Assembly (NCBI GenBank): GCA_938091905.1
Contig: CALKOM010000008.1
Coordinates: forward strand, 1-37,358
DNA length: 37,358 nucleotides
Source: an uncultured Verrucomicrobiales bacterium
GTDB taxonomy: Bacteria; Verrucomicrobiota; Verrucomicrobiia; Verrucomicrobiales; DEV007
Direction of reading: 5' to 3'
This document shows positions 20,066 through 30,886 of the stretch, piece after piece; position 1 is the first letter of the stretch; every line of letters begins with the position of its first letter. The position numbers were made by a program, and so were the translations under genes. The notes under the pieces are model-generated. The model searched no databases. It saw only the letters and a list, made by a program, of their open reading frames with translations, and was not told the DNA's origin.

Positions 20066-21148
20066 CTCCATGACCTTAAAATTTGGTCCCATGCTCGTGA
20101 GCTGTTGGAACTGACGAATCCACGAAAGGGATTTCTTGTCAGGGGCGGTTCCTTGCAGCCGGTCTTCCATCGCTTTCAATGGATTGTGGGCCAGGCGCGT
20201 AAGAAAGCGGCTCTGTTCTTCTAGCCGACGGCTATTCAATCCCGCTAATTCTGCCTCAACCTGTAGGTGGGTGAAGTCAACGTGTGCAGTGAGGTCTTGT
20301 TCGCCAGGATTGGCAAGGAGGTTGCCCGACCGCTGGTGATTTTGATAGCTCTGTAAGGTGCCTTCACGTCGACTCGGGAGGTAGTAGGTCGAGTCGGGCA
20401 TTCCATAGTCAAAAACTAACATGATAGCGTTGTGCTTGAGACGTGGTGATAGCGAGGCTAACCACGGTGCGATTTCAAGGTTGATCTCAGTGATGTAGCC
20501 TGGCTCAAAATTACTGACGTCGATGTCTGTAAGCCGATCAGCGAGAATGGATGAAGAGAGCTGGCCCTCAGCAAAGGTTAGAACGTCTTCTTGTAGTGAA
20601 ACGTGAAGTTCTGCCCAGCCGTGTTCCGGTCCCTGCCAAATCACACGGTGAACTGGAAACGCGTCAATCAGCTCGTTTGCGAAGAAGAGGTCGACCGACT
20701 CTTGAGGAATGTCCTGTAGATCGTGGGCCAGGGACCAACAGGAATACTCGGTTAACCGGGGATCTGTCATGGCTAAGGCAGATCTTTCGACGGCGAGAAA
20801 ACGAATTGCCTTGCTAAATGCTGGAAAATTAGCATAAATACTAGAGATGACATCGGCAGCGAGCATCCCAATGTGGCCTCCTTGCTCCAGGGCGGTGAAC
20901 GTTTCTGGACTACCAGCTTCCTGCCAAATCCCATGCATGTAGTGCGCCAGCAATTCTCCGAAGCAGCTGCCAACACTGACACTGGTGAAGAAATCAGCGT
21001 TTCTACCCGGAGCCTTTTGAGCTGTGTAGTATCCCCATTGAGGATGGTAGAGGGCCAGAGCCATGTATTCCTTGAAAGTAAGCGGTCTCGTGAGAATGCT
21101 TCTTTGGATTTCCCTTTCGAACGGGGAAAGCTGCCTTGTGTGACTCAT
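20039..21148 (-). CDS. SAM-dependent methyltransferase, MidA/NDUFAF7 family
   Basis: LTFKEYMALALYHPQWGYY, DFFTSVSVGSCFGELLA, LEQGGHIGMLAAD, FANELIDAFPVH, FDYG, PGEQDLTAHVDF, MGPNFKV. Confidence 0.9.
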   Translation of the reverse strand: MSHTRQLSPFEREIQRSILTRPLTFKEYMALALYHPQWGYYTAQKAPGRNADFFTSVSVGSCFGELLAHYMHGIWQEAGSPETFTALEQGGHIGMLAADVISSIYANFPAFSKAIRFLAVERSALAMTDPRLTEYSCWSLAHDLQDIPQESVDLFFANELIDAFPVHRVIWQGPEHGWAELHVSLQEDVLTFAEGQLSSSILADRLTDIDVSNFEPGYITEINLEIAPWLASLSPRLKHNAIMLVFDYGMPDSTYYLPSRREGTLQSYQNHQRSGNLLANPGEQDLTAHVDFTHLQVEAELAGLNSRRLEEQSRFLTRLAHNPLKAMEDRLQGTAPDKKSLSWIRQFQQLTSMGPNFKVMELLRNVGSA

Positions 21149-21166
21149 CGCTGCCTGGTCTTCGTC

Positions 21167-21195
21167 TTGAATTCTGTTTTTAAAACTGCTAGATT
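21167..21195 (+). promoter_or_regulatory. Candidate sigma70 promoter for PBP1A gene
   Basis: TTGAAT-N17-TAGATT in the AT-rich divergent intergenic region. Confidence 0.45.
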
Positions 21196-21238
21196 TCCCT
21201 TTGGAAGAGGACTCCCCATCTTCCCCTAAAAGACTCTC

Positions 21239-23725
21239 ATGGCCTACCGCTTCGGCAAGACTGGTTCCTCAAAATCCTCCCGTGAACAGCGGAAGGTTCC
21301 TTGGTGGTGGCTTTGGCTCGGTCGCTTGGCGAAATTCTCCCTCTTCGCTATCGTGATTGGGGGCATCTTGCTCACCCTCCTTCTGCGGCCCTATTATAAG
21401 AAAGCGGAGGAGCTGGACCTTTCCGAAGTGGGGCGCTTGGAGACGGCGAGCATTCTCTATGATCGTCACGGCGAACGCATGGGCGAGGACTTCCGCGTGC
21501 AGAATCGCTTGCCGGTGACCATTGATCAGGTGCCCAAAGAGCTCATTCGGGCGCTCATCGCGGCGGAGGATTCGCGATTCTTTGAACACCATGGAGTGGA
21601 TTGGATTGGCGTGGCTCGCGCTGTCTTCTTGAATTTCAAGGCGCGGCGACGAACGCAGGGTGCGAGCACGATCACGCAGCAGCTCGGGCGCCAGAGCTTT
21701 GGGATGCTCGACCAGAGTTATGGACGGAAGATTACGGAGGCTTTTCTCGCACATCGCATCGAGAAGAATTTTACGAAAGAAGAGATCCTAGAGCATTACC
21801 TAAACCGAATCTTCTTTGGGCACGGTTTTCACGGCGTGAATGCGGCGGCTAAGGGATATTTTGGAAAGCATGTTAGCGAAGTCTCGATTGAGGAAGCGGC
21901 CATGCTTTGCGGCCTTATTAAGGCACCGAATGTCTTCTCGCCTCTCAAGAGTCGCGAGCGAGCAAAGGGTGCTCGCGACAACGTTCTTAAACGGATGGCT
22001 GTTGAGGGGTTCCTTACCCCGCCTGATGCAGAGAAGCTGAAGAAGCGGCCCATCGTCACGGCGACGCTTACTCGCATGTCGCGTTCTACCCACGCTTTTC
22101 ACTACATTCGTGAGCAGATTACGGAAAAGTTAGGCGCAGAAGTTGCGGCTCGAGGAGGCTTCCGGGTGTTTACCACATTGGATCTTACATTACAGCAACG
22201 CGGGGAGCGCGGCCTGCGGGAGCACTTGGAGGAAGTCGAGTCGCGGCCCGGATACACTCACCAGACATATCAAAAGTACCTTGAGGTCATTAAGGATGCG
22301 CGAGCCAGAAACTGGAAGATTTTGGAGCCAAAGTACCTGCAAGGCGCGATGATGGCTGTCGATAACGAAGACGGTGGTATCGTTGCACTCGTGGGTGGTC
22401 GGAATTTCCAACACGTTCAGTATAACATGGCCACGCAGGCAAGATTTCCTGCTGGGTCAGCGTTCAAACCGTTCGTCTTTGCCCTTGCTTTTCAGAGCGC
22501 GATGTTTCCTGGCACCATCGTGACAGACAAGGTGATTGATAACAAGTTCGTCCAGATTGGTGGTGTTGATGGTTTGTTAGGAGAATGGGCGGTGGAGCGG
22601 CCAGATTTCGAGTATCTTGGCGACATCACGGCCCGTAAGGCGCTCGTAATGTCTAAGAATGCCGCCACGGTGCGTCTTGGCTTGCGGGTGGGTTTGGAGA
22701 AGTTTCTTGAGTTCGTCAAAGAGCTCGGATTCACGAGTCCCATGCGCCCTTACAACTCATCGTTTCTCGGAAGTAGTGAGGTGACGTTGGCAGAGATGTG
22801 CAAAGCCTTTACCATCTTTCCAAACGGCGGGCTGCGTCCACAAGACCTCTACATTATTCGCGAGATTCAAGGGGCAGATGGTACACCACTGTATACCTCC
22901 AAAGCTCCTGAAGCAGATCTGGTGGATGTACTCGATGAATATGCGGCCTATCAGGCGCACAGTTGTCTGCAGGAAGTACTGACGAATGGTACCGCGGCCA
23001 ATGCGAGTGAACTAGGTCTGCAGGGTTTCCCTGGCATTGGAGGTAAGACAGGAACCGCCTACAATTTCACGGACACGTGGTTTGTTGGTTATGACAGTGC
23101 GATCACTTGTGGTGTCTGGACAGGGTTCAAGAACAAGCAGCAGATTTATGAGGGAGCCTTCGCCAATGAAATTGCGCTTCCTATATGGATCGATTTCATG
23201 AACGCCTCGACCCGGACTTTTAAGCCGGAACCGATAGTGCCTCCGGGAGAAGGCAAGACAGTCGAGATCTGTACCGTTTCTGGACAGCTTGCGACGGATG
23301 ATTGTTATCATCGTAAGCCTGGACCAGTCTTTGAGCGTACTGCGAGTATGGAGTTTATTCCGACACAGTTCAACCTCGGTGGAACGTGCACCACGCATTC
23401 TCCGAATTCAGCGGAGGAAGCTCTAAGGCGCGAGACAGAGATGATCATGCAAAGCGGAGCCATGGCTGTCTATAGTAATAGTGGGGCTGCTCAACCTGTG
23501 CTCTTGCGTGAGTCAACGGTCATCGGACCCGATCCATACAATTCTCTTAAGCCGGCGATTAGATCCATGATACCGAAAGAAGAGAAAGAGGAAGAGAAAG
23601 AGGATGAGAAGCAGTTAGATGAAAAGCTTGTGATGAAGGCGAACGTGGTGAAAGAGAAGCCTGTGCTCAACGTGAAGGGCCACGTGAGACTGGATCTACC
23701 TGCGCCGATCGACTTGATCGATTAG
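21239..23725 (+). CDS. Class A penicillin-binding protein (PBP1A family)
   Basis: N-terminal TM. Transglycosylase motifs EDSRFFEHHG, GASTITQQL, RKITE, ILEHYLN; transpeptidase motifs SAFK, SKN, KTG. Confidence 0.95.
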   Translation: MAYRFGKTGSSKSSREQRKVPWWWLWLGRLAKFSLFAIVIGGILLTLLLRPYYKKAEELDLSEVGRLETASILYDRHGERMGEDFRVQNRLPVTIDQVPKELIRALIAAEDSRFFEHHGVDWIGVARAVFLNFKARRRTQGASTITQQLGRQSFGMLDQSYGRKITEAFLAHRIEKNFTKEEILEHYLNRIFFGHGFHGVNAAAKGYFGKHVSEVSIEEAAMLCGLIKAPNVFSPLKSRERAKGARDNVLKRMAVEGFLTPPDAEKLKKRPIVTATLTRMSRSTHAFHYIREQITEKLGAEVAARGGFRVFTTLDLTLQQRGERGLREHLEEVESRPGYTHQTYQKYLEVIKDARARNWKILEPKYLQGAMMAVDNEDGGIVALVGGRNFQHVQYNMATQARFPAGSAFKPFVFALAFQSAMFPGTIVTDKVIDNKFVQIGGVDGLLGEWAVERPDFEYLGDITARKALVMSKNAATVRLGLRVGLEKFLEFVKELGFTSPMRPYNSSFLGSSEVTLAEMCKAFTIFPNGGLRPQDLYIIREIQGADGTPLYTSKAPEADLVDVLDEYAAYQAHSCLQEVLTNGTAANASELGLQGFPGIGGKTGTAYNFTDTWFVGYDSAITCGVWTGFKNKQQIYEGAFANEIALPIWIDFMNASTRTFKPEPIVPPGEGKTVEICTVSGQLATDDCYHRKPGPVFERTASMEFIPTQFNLGGTCTTHSPNSAEEALRRETEMIMQSGAMAVYSNSGAAQPVLLRESTVIGPDPYNSLKPAIRSMIPKEEKEEEKEDEKQLDEKLVMKANVVKEKPVLNVKGHVRLDLPAPIDLID

Positions 23726-24413
23726 TTTGAGTTATCGTGGAGGTAGCAATTTAAAGAGTCGTCTTCGATATGGGATAGCCCCTGCTGCGTTCGCTGAACT
23801 TTGCTTGTTCTTGGCGGTTGGAATCGCCATCGTGGTCCCGGTGATTGTCAGGTTGCTGACTTCCTGGCTATCGTGAGAATTGGGACATTGATTGCTTTAA
23901 GGAAGCTCTGATCATGTTGAGCCGCCTATTGTCGTTTATCAGCACTTAAGCTTGGATCGTTCGAATTCAAAACGGATCGCCGACTGTCGAGAGAGGAAAG
24001 ATACTTTACCAGTTTGTGTCAGTATGCGTTAGCATCCTACTGGAAGCAAAGGTGATCCATGCCATGATCGAAGGGGTGAAGAATTGCGGTGATATTGGCA
24101 TAGAGTTCAGTAGGACATTCCTTCAAGTATTGACCAAAGTCTGCGAAACGTGTGGTCTGTTTACAACCCTGACTAAGTGAGCTCTGCGATTTGGGGGATG
24201 GAATGTATTAGTGGGTAGGTTAGTTCGCTATCTCAATGCAGACCGTTTTCGTTTAGCATAGCTCGGCTATCCTGAATAGGGACGCCTAGACTACCACACA
24301 GATTAGCTGTTTTAGATTGAGGCAGAGGGGGGGGCATTCTTGGCCGATACGTAGGCTGATCTTCGCGATTTGAGGGTTGGCCGTTGGTTGATCTTTAGCT
24401 TAGCCTCCAGCCC

Positions 24414-25661
24414 ATGAGTGCCCTAGTGAGCCTTCTTGGCATGGCTGTCCTACTGTTGGTTGCCTATTTGCTGAGTGAGAACCGGAAAGCCATCAATTTG
24501 CGAACCGTTGGTGGCGCCTTTTTTATTCAACTAGGCCTGGGAGCGTTTGTTCTCTACGTGCCCATTGGTATCACCGTGTTGGAGTGGCTCTCCAATGGAG
24601 TGCAGCAGGTGATCGATTGTGGATTCAAGGGAACGGAATTTATCTTTGGAGGTCTTGTCAGTCCTCAGATGTTCGAAGTCTTTGGAGGAGGTGGCTTTGT
24701 CTTTGCATTTCGTGTCTTGCCATCAATCATCTTCTTCTCTTCCCTCATCGCGGTGCTCTACCATTTAGGCGTCATGCAGTTTATTATCCGTATCTTTGGA
24801 GGTGGGCTTAGAAAGGCACTTGGGACAAGTCGTGCCGAATCGATGTCCGCGAGTGCAAACATCTTTGTTGGGCTGACGGAAGCACCGTTGGTGGTTAGGC
24901 CTTACATTCCTAATATGACGGGTTCCGAACTCTTCGCCATTATGTGTGGTGGCCTTGCTTCGATTGCTGGGTCAGTGCTGGCTGGTTATGCCGGGCTCGG
25001 TGTCGACATCAAGTATCTTCTTGCTGCGTGTTTTATGGCTGCGCCGGGTGGCTTACTTTTTGCTAAACTGATCAAGCCTGAGACTGAGGAGCCCAATGAA
25101 CGTCTCATTGATTCTACCGACGAAGAGGACTGTCCGGTCAATGTGATCGACGCGGCGGCCTCGGGTGCCTCGAGTGGTCTCAAGCTTGCGGTTAATGTTG
25201 GAGCAATGCTCCTTGCTTTCGTCGGCTTGATTGCTCTACTCAATCTGCTCGTCGGGGGCGTGGGCGGCTGGTTCGGTTTAGAGACATTGACAGTGCAGGA
25301 GATTCTTGGGTATATCTTCTCACCACTTGCCTGGTTGCTCGGCATTCCGTGGTCTGAGGCCATGGAGGGCGGCAGCTTCATTGGTCAGAAGATTATTCTC
25401 AACGAGTTTGTAGCTTACCAAGAGTTCGTCACGGTTAAGGCTAATCTAACGCCGCGCACGCAGGGAATCATCACTTTTGCTCTTTGCGGCTTCGCCAACC
25501 TATCATCGATCGCGATTCTGCTCGGAGGGCTGGGTGTCATGGCGCCAAGTCGGAGGTCAGAGATTGCACGCTATGGCCTCAAGGCCGTGGCTGCTGCCTC
25601 GCTGGCAAACTTTATGAGTGCTGCCATTGCAGGCTTCTTCCTTTCGTTTACTGTAAACTAA
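24414..25661 (+). CDS. nupC: Concentrative nucleoside transporter (CNT, NupC family)
   Basis: [60 protein letters not shown]. Confidence 0.93.
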   Translation: MSALVSLLGMAVLLLVAYLLSENRKAINLRTVGGAFFIQLGLGAFVLYVPIGITVLEWLSNGVQQVIDCGFKGTEFIFGGLVSPQMFEVFGGGGFVFAFRVLPSIIFFSSLIAVLYHLGVMQFIIRIFGGGLRKALGTSRAESMSASANIFVGLTEAPLVVRPYIPNMTGSELFAIMCGGLASIAGSVLAGYAGLGVDIKYLLAACFMAAPGGLLFAKLIKPETEEPNERLIDSTDEEDCPVNVIDAAASGASSGLKLAVNVGAMLLAFVGLIALLNLLVGGVGGWFGLETLTVQEILGYIFSPLAWLLGIPWSEAMEGGSFIGQKIILNEFVAYQEFVTVKANLTPRTQGIITFALCGFANLSSIAILLGGLGVMAPSRRSEIARYGLKAVAAASLANFMSAAIAGFFLSFTVN

Positions 25662-25670
25662 CATTTCGTG

Positions 25671-25841
25671 ATGCAAACGTTGTTTCTCGCTCTCTTCGCC
25701 GGCTTTCTTGTGGGTGTTCTCTTCTCTGTGATCAAGTTACCGCTTCCGGCGCCTCCTGTGCTCTCAGGGATTCTTGGAATCGTCGGCATCTATCTGGGTG
25801 GTGCCTCCTACCAGTGGATTCTCGCGGCGTGGTTTCGTTAG
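25671..25841 (+). CDS. XapX-domain (DUF1427-type) small membrane protein, 56 aa; absent from the ORF track
   Basis: MQTLFLALFAGFLVGVLFSVIKLPLPAPPVLSGILGIVGIYLGGASYQWILAAWFR*. Hallmark LPxPAPP between two TM helices; fills the gap between nupC and deoA. Confidence 0.85.
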   Translation: MQTLFLALFAGFLVGVLFSVIKLPLPAPPVLSGILGIVGIYLGGASYQWILAAWFR

Positions 25842-25842
25842 A

Positions 25843-27145
25843 ATGCTTCCTCAGGAGATCATTACTCAGAAGCGCGAAGGAGAGGCTCTTTCCGAAGATG
25901 CCATTGCCGCTTTCTGCTAGGGACTGAGTGACGGTTCATGGGGCGAAGGGCAGATCGCGGCGCTGGCCATGGCAATCTGTTGCCGAGGCATGGATAGTCG
26001 CGAGCGAGTCGCACTGACTATGGGTATGCGTGACTCTGGGGGCGTCCTGGAGTCGGCGTCTAGCCAGCTGGATGGACCCGTTCTCGATAAGCATTCAACT
26101 GGCGGAGTAGGAGATGGCGTGTCGCTGGTCTTGGGGCCTATGCTAGCTGCATGTGGCTGCTATGTGCCGATGATTTCTTGCCGTGGGCTTGGACATACCG
26201 GCGGTACCTTGGACAAACTGGAATCTATACGGTGACTCCTTCGGTGGAAACCTTTCAGAAGACGGTGAAAAGTTCAGGGGGGCCATTGTCGGGCAAACCG
26301 CGGCCTTGGCACCAGCCGATGGGAGGCTTTATGCAGTGCGTGATGTCACAGCGACCGTCGAATCGCTGGATCTTATCACTGCATCGATACTCTCCAAGAA
26401 ACTGGCCGCTGGGCTTCACGGTCTTGTCATGGATGTGAAGGTGGGGAATGGAGCGTTCATGTCGACGGAAGCTGCTTCACGCGAACTAGCACGAACTCTG
26501 GTAGAGGTCGCCAACGATGCTGGCCTGCCGACGGTGGCTGTTCTCACAGACATGAGCGAATGTTTGAGCGCTTCCGCTGGAAATGCATTGGAAGTACGTG
26601 AGGCGATTCGATTTCTTAAAGGAGAGATTCCTAGCATGCGTTTTAAAGAGGTCGTGATGGCATTTGGTGCGGAATTGCTTGGCTTGGGTGGGGTGGAATC
26701 CGACCAAGCGTCTGCGAAAGCTGCCTTGCAAGGAAGTCTCGATAACGGGAAAGCCTTTGAACGGTTTGATAGAATGGTTCGAGGACTCGGTGGAGGTTCT
26801 TATGCAATCGATCAGTTGCCAGTAGCTCCGGTGACGTTTTCGTGTTCGGCTCTGTGCTCAGGTGTCGTGTCGCGAGTGGACGTGAAAGTGATAGGAATGG
26901 CTATTGTGGAACTCGGGGGCGGGCGTCGCCAGTCCTCGAATGCGATTGATCACGCGGTAGGTCTCAGCGAAGTGGCTGGCATAGGGCGGCAGATTGATCG
27001 AGGGGAGGCCTTAGCCATCATTCACGCGCGATCTAAAGAAGATGCTGCGTGCGTCAGCTCTTCTCTGAGGGAAGTGTTCACCATTTCCGAAACGGCAGGG
27101 ACTCCTCAACGCCCTGTAGTACTTGACAGGATATCGCGTCGGTAA
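25843..27145 (+). pseudogene. deoA: Thymidine phosphorylase, disrupted
   Basis: MLPQEII..KREG start; TAG at 25918-25920; [25 protein letters not shown] followed by loss of PG and a frameshift near 26229; second frameshift in the G run at 26277-26282; then LAPADGRLYAVRDVTATV, SILSKKLA, MDVKVGNGAFM, LGGGR. Confidence 0.92.
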
Positions 27146-27162
27146 TCCAGTTCACTAAAATT

Positions 27163-27882
27163 ATGGCCACACCCCACATTGATGCTCAGCCGGGCGAGTT
27201 CGCGCCCACAGTGCTCATGCCAGGAGACCCCCTCCGTGCTCAGCACATTGCCGAGACCTACCTGGAGGATGTTCGCCAAGTGAATGATGTTCGTCATATG
27301 CTGGGGTTTACTGGTGTTTATGAGGGAGAGCCGGTCTCGGTGATGGGAAGTGGGATGGGCATTCCCTCTATCTCGATATATGCCAAGGAGCTCTTTACCG
27401 ACTTTGGGGTAAAGAACATCGTGAGGGTTGGGAGCTGCGGCGCGATCCACGAAGACCTACGACTCCGAGACGTGGTTATTGGCATGGGAGCATGCACGGA
27501 TTCTGGTGTGAATCGTGCAAGATTTCAGGGGCACGACTACTCGGCTATCGCTGATTACAACCTCCTTTCTGCGATGGTGGCAACTGCTCAGGATCGCGAG
27601 GTCCCGATACGTGTTGGTAATCTCTTCTCGGCGGACCTTTTCTATTCACCCGATACGGAAGTGTTTGCCACAATGAATAAGATGGGGGTGCTTGCTGTTG
27701 AAATGGAAGCAGCGGGGCTTTACGGTGTTGCCGCGGAATATGGCAGGCGGGCCTTAGCGGTTTGCGCAGTATCCGACATCATTGTGAGTAGCGAATCTCT
27801 TAGTCCAGTCGATCGTCAAACGACCTTTGATAGCATGATCACCCTAGCACTTGGCTCTGTGCAGCGGTTTCCGAAGGACTAG
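27163..27882 (+). CDS. deoD: Purine nucleoside phosphorylase, DeoD type
   Basis: [45 protein letters not shown]. Confidence 0.96.
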   Translation: MATPHIDAQPGEFAPTVLMPGDPLRAQHIAETYLEDVRQVNDVRHMLGFTGVYEGEPVSVMGSGMGIPSISIYAKELFTDFGVKNIVRVGSCGAIHEDLRLRDVVIGMGACTDSGVNRARFQGHDYSAIADYNLLSAMVATAQDREVPIRVGNLFSADLFYSPDTEVFATMNKMGVLAVEMEAAGLYGVAAEYGRRALAVCAVSDIIVSSESLSPVDRQTTFDSMITLALGSVQRFPKD

Positions 27883-29312
27883 CCTTTCTGCTTCTTTTCG
27901 CCGGGGATCTTCCATTTCGAGTCTGGATGGTGAGCCTCCTCCATGAATCCGACAGCTTTCTTGACCAAGTTTGGATGTTTCTTGGCGAGGTTGTTCGTTT
28001 CACCAATATCCTTGCTGAGATCGTAGAGGGCGACTTTGCCTGTGAGCATGGGCTCGCGAATGGCTTTCCAATCGCCAAAGCGTACGGCTTGGCGACTGCC
28101 TTGTTCGTAGAATTCCCAGTACAGGTAATCGTGGGTCTTCTGCTTGTCACTCTGGCCGAGCAGCGCTGGTAAGAAGCTGATCGATTGCGTGGCGTCCGGG
28201 ATTGGTTGCTTTGTGAGATCGCACACGGTGGCCATGACATCGCCGAAGTAGCCGATGTGTGCAGAGACCGAGCCGTTGTCAATGTGATCAGGCCACCAAG
28301 CGAGGGTAGGCACGCGGATGCCTCCTTCGGTCAAGGTCCGTTTGAGGCCTTGTAGCGGGCCATTGGCATCGAAGAACTCAGGGTCATTGCCGCCTTCACG
28401 GTGAGGGCCGTTGTCGGAGGTGAAGATAACGAGTGTGTTCTTGGCGATCTTGTGCTCTTTGAGTTTGTCCAACACGCTGCCGATATCTCGGTCCATGCGG
28501 GTGATCATGGCGGCCTGGCCTTTGTTAGGGCGTGACCAATCTTTGTCTTCATAGATGCCGTAGTCTGGCACGTCTTGTCCGTCGCCGGTGCCTCGTGTAC
28601 CCTCATTGTTTGCATGAGGAATGGTGTACGAAAGGTAGAGGAAGAAGGGCTTCTTGTGATTCTCATCGAGCCATTTCTCAGCCTGATCGTGAATGAGATC
28701 GTGGGTGTAGTCGATACGTTCGCGGGCCCAGCCTTCGCCGCGCTCTGAGTTCTCCCACTCTGGAACATTGCGTAGGGAGACGCGTTCCTTGTTCTTGTAG
28801 AGGAACGTGGGGTAGTAATTGTGCGCGTGGTGTTGGTTCAGGTAGCCATAACAGATATCGAATCCTTGGTTGTTAGGGTGACCGGGAGACGTGGCCTCTC
28901 CCAGGCCCCATTTGCCGAAGAGTGCGGTGGCGTAGCCAGCATCCTTGAAGACCTCCGCAATCGTCTTGTCTTCATCGCGTAGGGCTTGGCTTTCGATGTT
29001 GTCAGCTCCGGCATTGCCGCGCACCCAACAGCGTCCCGTATGCTGACCTGTCATAAGCACACATCGAGAAGGGGCGCATACTGTTGTACCGGCATAGAAT
29101 TGGGTCAATTTCATTCCTTCAGTGGCCATCTGATCGAGGCGAGGCGTCTTGATCTTGGTCTGTCCGAAACAGCCGAGATCACCATAGCCGAGGTCATCGG
29201 CCATGATGAAGATGACGTTGGGTTTGGCCTTTTCGTGATGGTCTGCCAGCACGAGGCCTGTGCTAAAGAGGAATAGTGTGAGGGAGTTGAAAAATGAGAT
29301 GCGTGGTTTCAT
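27879..29312 (-). CDS. Secreted arylsulfatase (Cys-type)
   Basis: Signal peptide, [51 protein letters not shown]. Confidence 0.95.
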   Translation of the reverse strand: MKPRISFFNSLTLFLFSTGLVLADHHEKAKPNVIFIMADDLGYGDLGCFGQTKIKTPRLDQMATEGMKLTQFYAGTTVCAPSRCVLMTGQHTGRCWVRGNAGADNIESQALRDEDKTIAEVFKDAGYATALFGKWGLGEATSPGHPNNQGFDICYGYLNQHHAHNYYPTFLYKNKERVSLRNVPEWENSERGEGWARERIDYTHDLIHDQAEKWLDENHKKPFFLYLSYTIPHANNEGTRGTGDGQDVPDYGIYEDKDWSRPNKGQAAMITRMDRDIGSVLDKLKEHKIAKNTLVIFTSDNGPHREGGNDPEFFDANGPLQGLKRTLTEGGIRVPTLAWWPDHIDNGSVSAHIGYFGDVMATVCDLTKQPIPDATQSISFLPALLGQSDKQKTHDYLYWEFYEQGSRQAVRFGDWKAIREPMLTGKVALYDLSKDIGETNNLAKKHPNLVKKAVGFMEEAHHPDSKWKIPGEKKQKG

Positions 29313-29321
29313 GGCGGAAGA

Positions 29322-30875
29322 TTAGGAGTGAAGATCGACATGGTCGCCAACGTAGTGAATGCGGAGATCGTTGGTCAGTCCGGAACGGCCGAATGGCTGT
29401 CCAGATACAACGACGATGGGATCGCCGGTGTCGGCCCATCCCTGATCGAGAATGAGTTGGTCCACTTCTTTGATGAAGCTTGTTGTGAGTTTCGGTCTTT
29501 GCAGAAAGCGAGGCCAGATGCCAAACATGATGGACATGCGGCGGAGAGCAGCAGGATCCTCACTAAGGGCTATGATAGGAATTGTGAGGCGCAGCTGCGA
29601 TAGATAACTAGCCCCACCTCCATGTGACGACCACACGGCGGCAAGAGGGGCATCGAGTTCACGAAGGACAGCGCCAACTCCGCAGGCGAGAGCGGCAGTC
29701 CGATACTTTGAAGAGCGAGGAGGGGCCGGAAGAGCTCCCTTGTTAGACGCAAGGCGTCTCTGTGCATGGGTATAGAGGCCTACTTCGCGAAGCGTGCGCA
29801 CGGCCTCGACTGGATAATCTCCTACGGCCGTTTCGCCAGATAGCATAACGGCATCGGCACCATCGAGGATTGCATTGGCAACGTCACTGACTTCGGCGCG
29901 AGTGGCCGAGGCTGCCGTGATCATACTTTGCAACATCTGAGTGGCTACAATGACAGGCTTACCCTGATTATTGCATTCAGAAATGATCCTCTTCTGGATG
30001 ACAGGGACCTGAGCTAGGTCCATTTCAACGCCGAGATCACCTCGAGCGACCATGATGACATCTGTCTCTTGAACGATTTCCTCCAACGCATCGATGGCCT
30101 GTGGTTTTTCGATTTTTGAAATGACGGGGATAAAAGCACCCGAACCGTAGCTTGCAAAGCTACTTGTGGGAAGGCCGTCAGAGACACACTCGGCTTGTGG
30201 GCGCGCTCCCAAATCTCGCAGCCGATCCTTGATCTGGCGGACGTCATCTCCATTCCGGACGAAGCTGAGAGAGACAAAGTCGAAACCCTGTTCCACAGCG
30301 AATTTGAGGCAGTTCACATCGTATTCTGTAAGCGCGGGAAGGGTAAGCGCGGTTTCGGGAAGGTTCATTCCCTTGGCTGAGGTAATGAGACCTCCCACCA
30401 AGACTTCTGCGGTGACAACAATACTCTCTCCTTCGCCTACGTTAGAAACACAGTGCAATCGGACGGCCCCATCGTCAAGAAGGATGGGTTCGCCCGGTTT
30501 GATCTCATCGAGCACTTCTGAGCAGGTAGTTGAGAATGTAACCTCGCCGTCGTTGGATGTTAGTGTGACGGGTTTGACGAACTGGACCTGCTGACCTTTG
30601 GCCAGGGGTACTCCGCCTTCGACAACCTTGCCCACGCGCACCTTGGGCCCTGAGAGATCGCCCATGACGCCAATGTGACGTCCAAGTTCCTGAGAAACTT
30701 TGCGGACGAGTTGATGCATGCGTTCAAATTCCTTAAACGTGCCGTGAGAAAAGTTGATGCGAAAGACGCTGACGCCTGTCCGAATGAGCTTAGCCAAAGT
30801 GGCTTCGTTTGCCGAGGCGGGTCCCAGGGTTGCGATGATCTTGGTAAGACTGTGACGATTACTTGGGATATCCAT
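29322..30875 (-). CDS. pyk: Pyruvate kinase
   Basis: TKIIATLGPAS, RINFSHG, DLSGPKVR, SKIEK, MVARGDLGVE, ATQMLQSM, TRAEVSDVANA, MLSGETAVG. Confidence 0.96.
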   Translation of the reverse strand: MDIPSNRHSLTKIIATLGPASANEATLAKLIRTGVSVFRINFSHGTFKEFERMHQLVRKVSQELGRHIGVMGDLSGPKVRVGKVVEGGVPLAKGQQVQFVKPVTLTSNDGEVTFSTTCSEVLDEIKPGEPILLDDGAVRLHCVSNVGEGESIVVTAEVLVGGLITSAKGMNLPETALTLPALTEYDVNCLKFAVEQGFDFVSLSFVRNGDDVRQIKDRLRDLGARPQAECVSDGLPTSSFASYGSGAFIPVISKIEKPQAIDALEEIVQETDVIMVARGDLGVEMDLAQVPVIQKRIISECNNQGKPVIVATQMLQSMITAASATRAEVSDVANAILDGADAVMLSGETAVGDYPVEAVRTLREVGLYTHAQRRLASNKGALPAPPRSSKYRTAALACGVGAVLRELDAPLAAVWSSHGGGASYLSQLRLTIPIIALSEDPAALRRMSIMFGIWPRFLQRPKLTTSFIKEVDQLILDQGWADTGDPIVVVSGQPFGRSGLTNDLRIHYVGDHVDLHS

Positions 30876-30886
30876 GAAGGAAAGAA

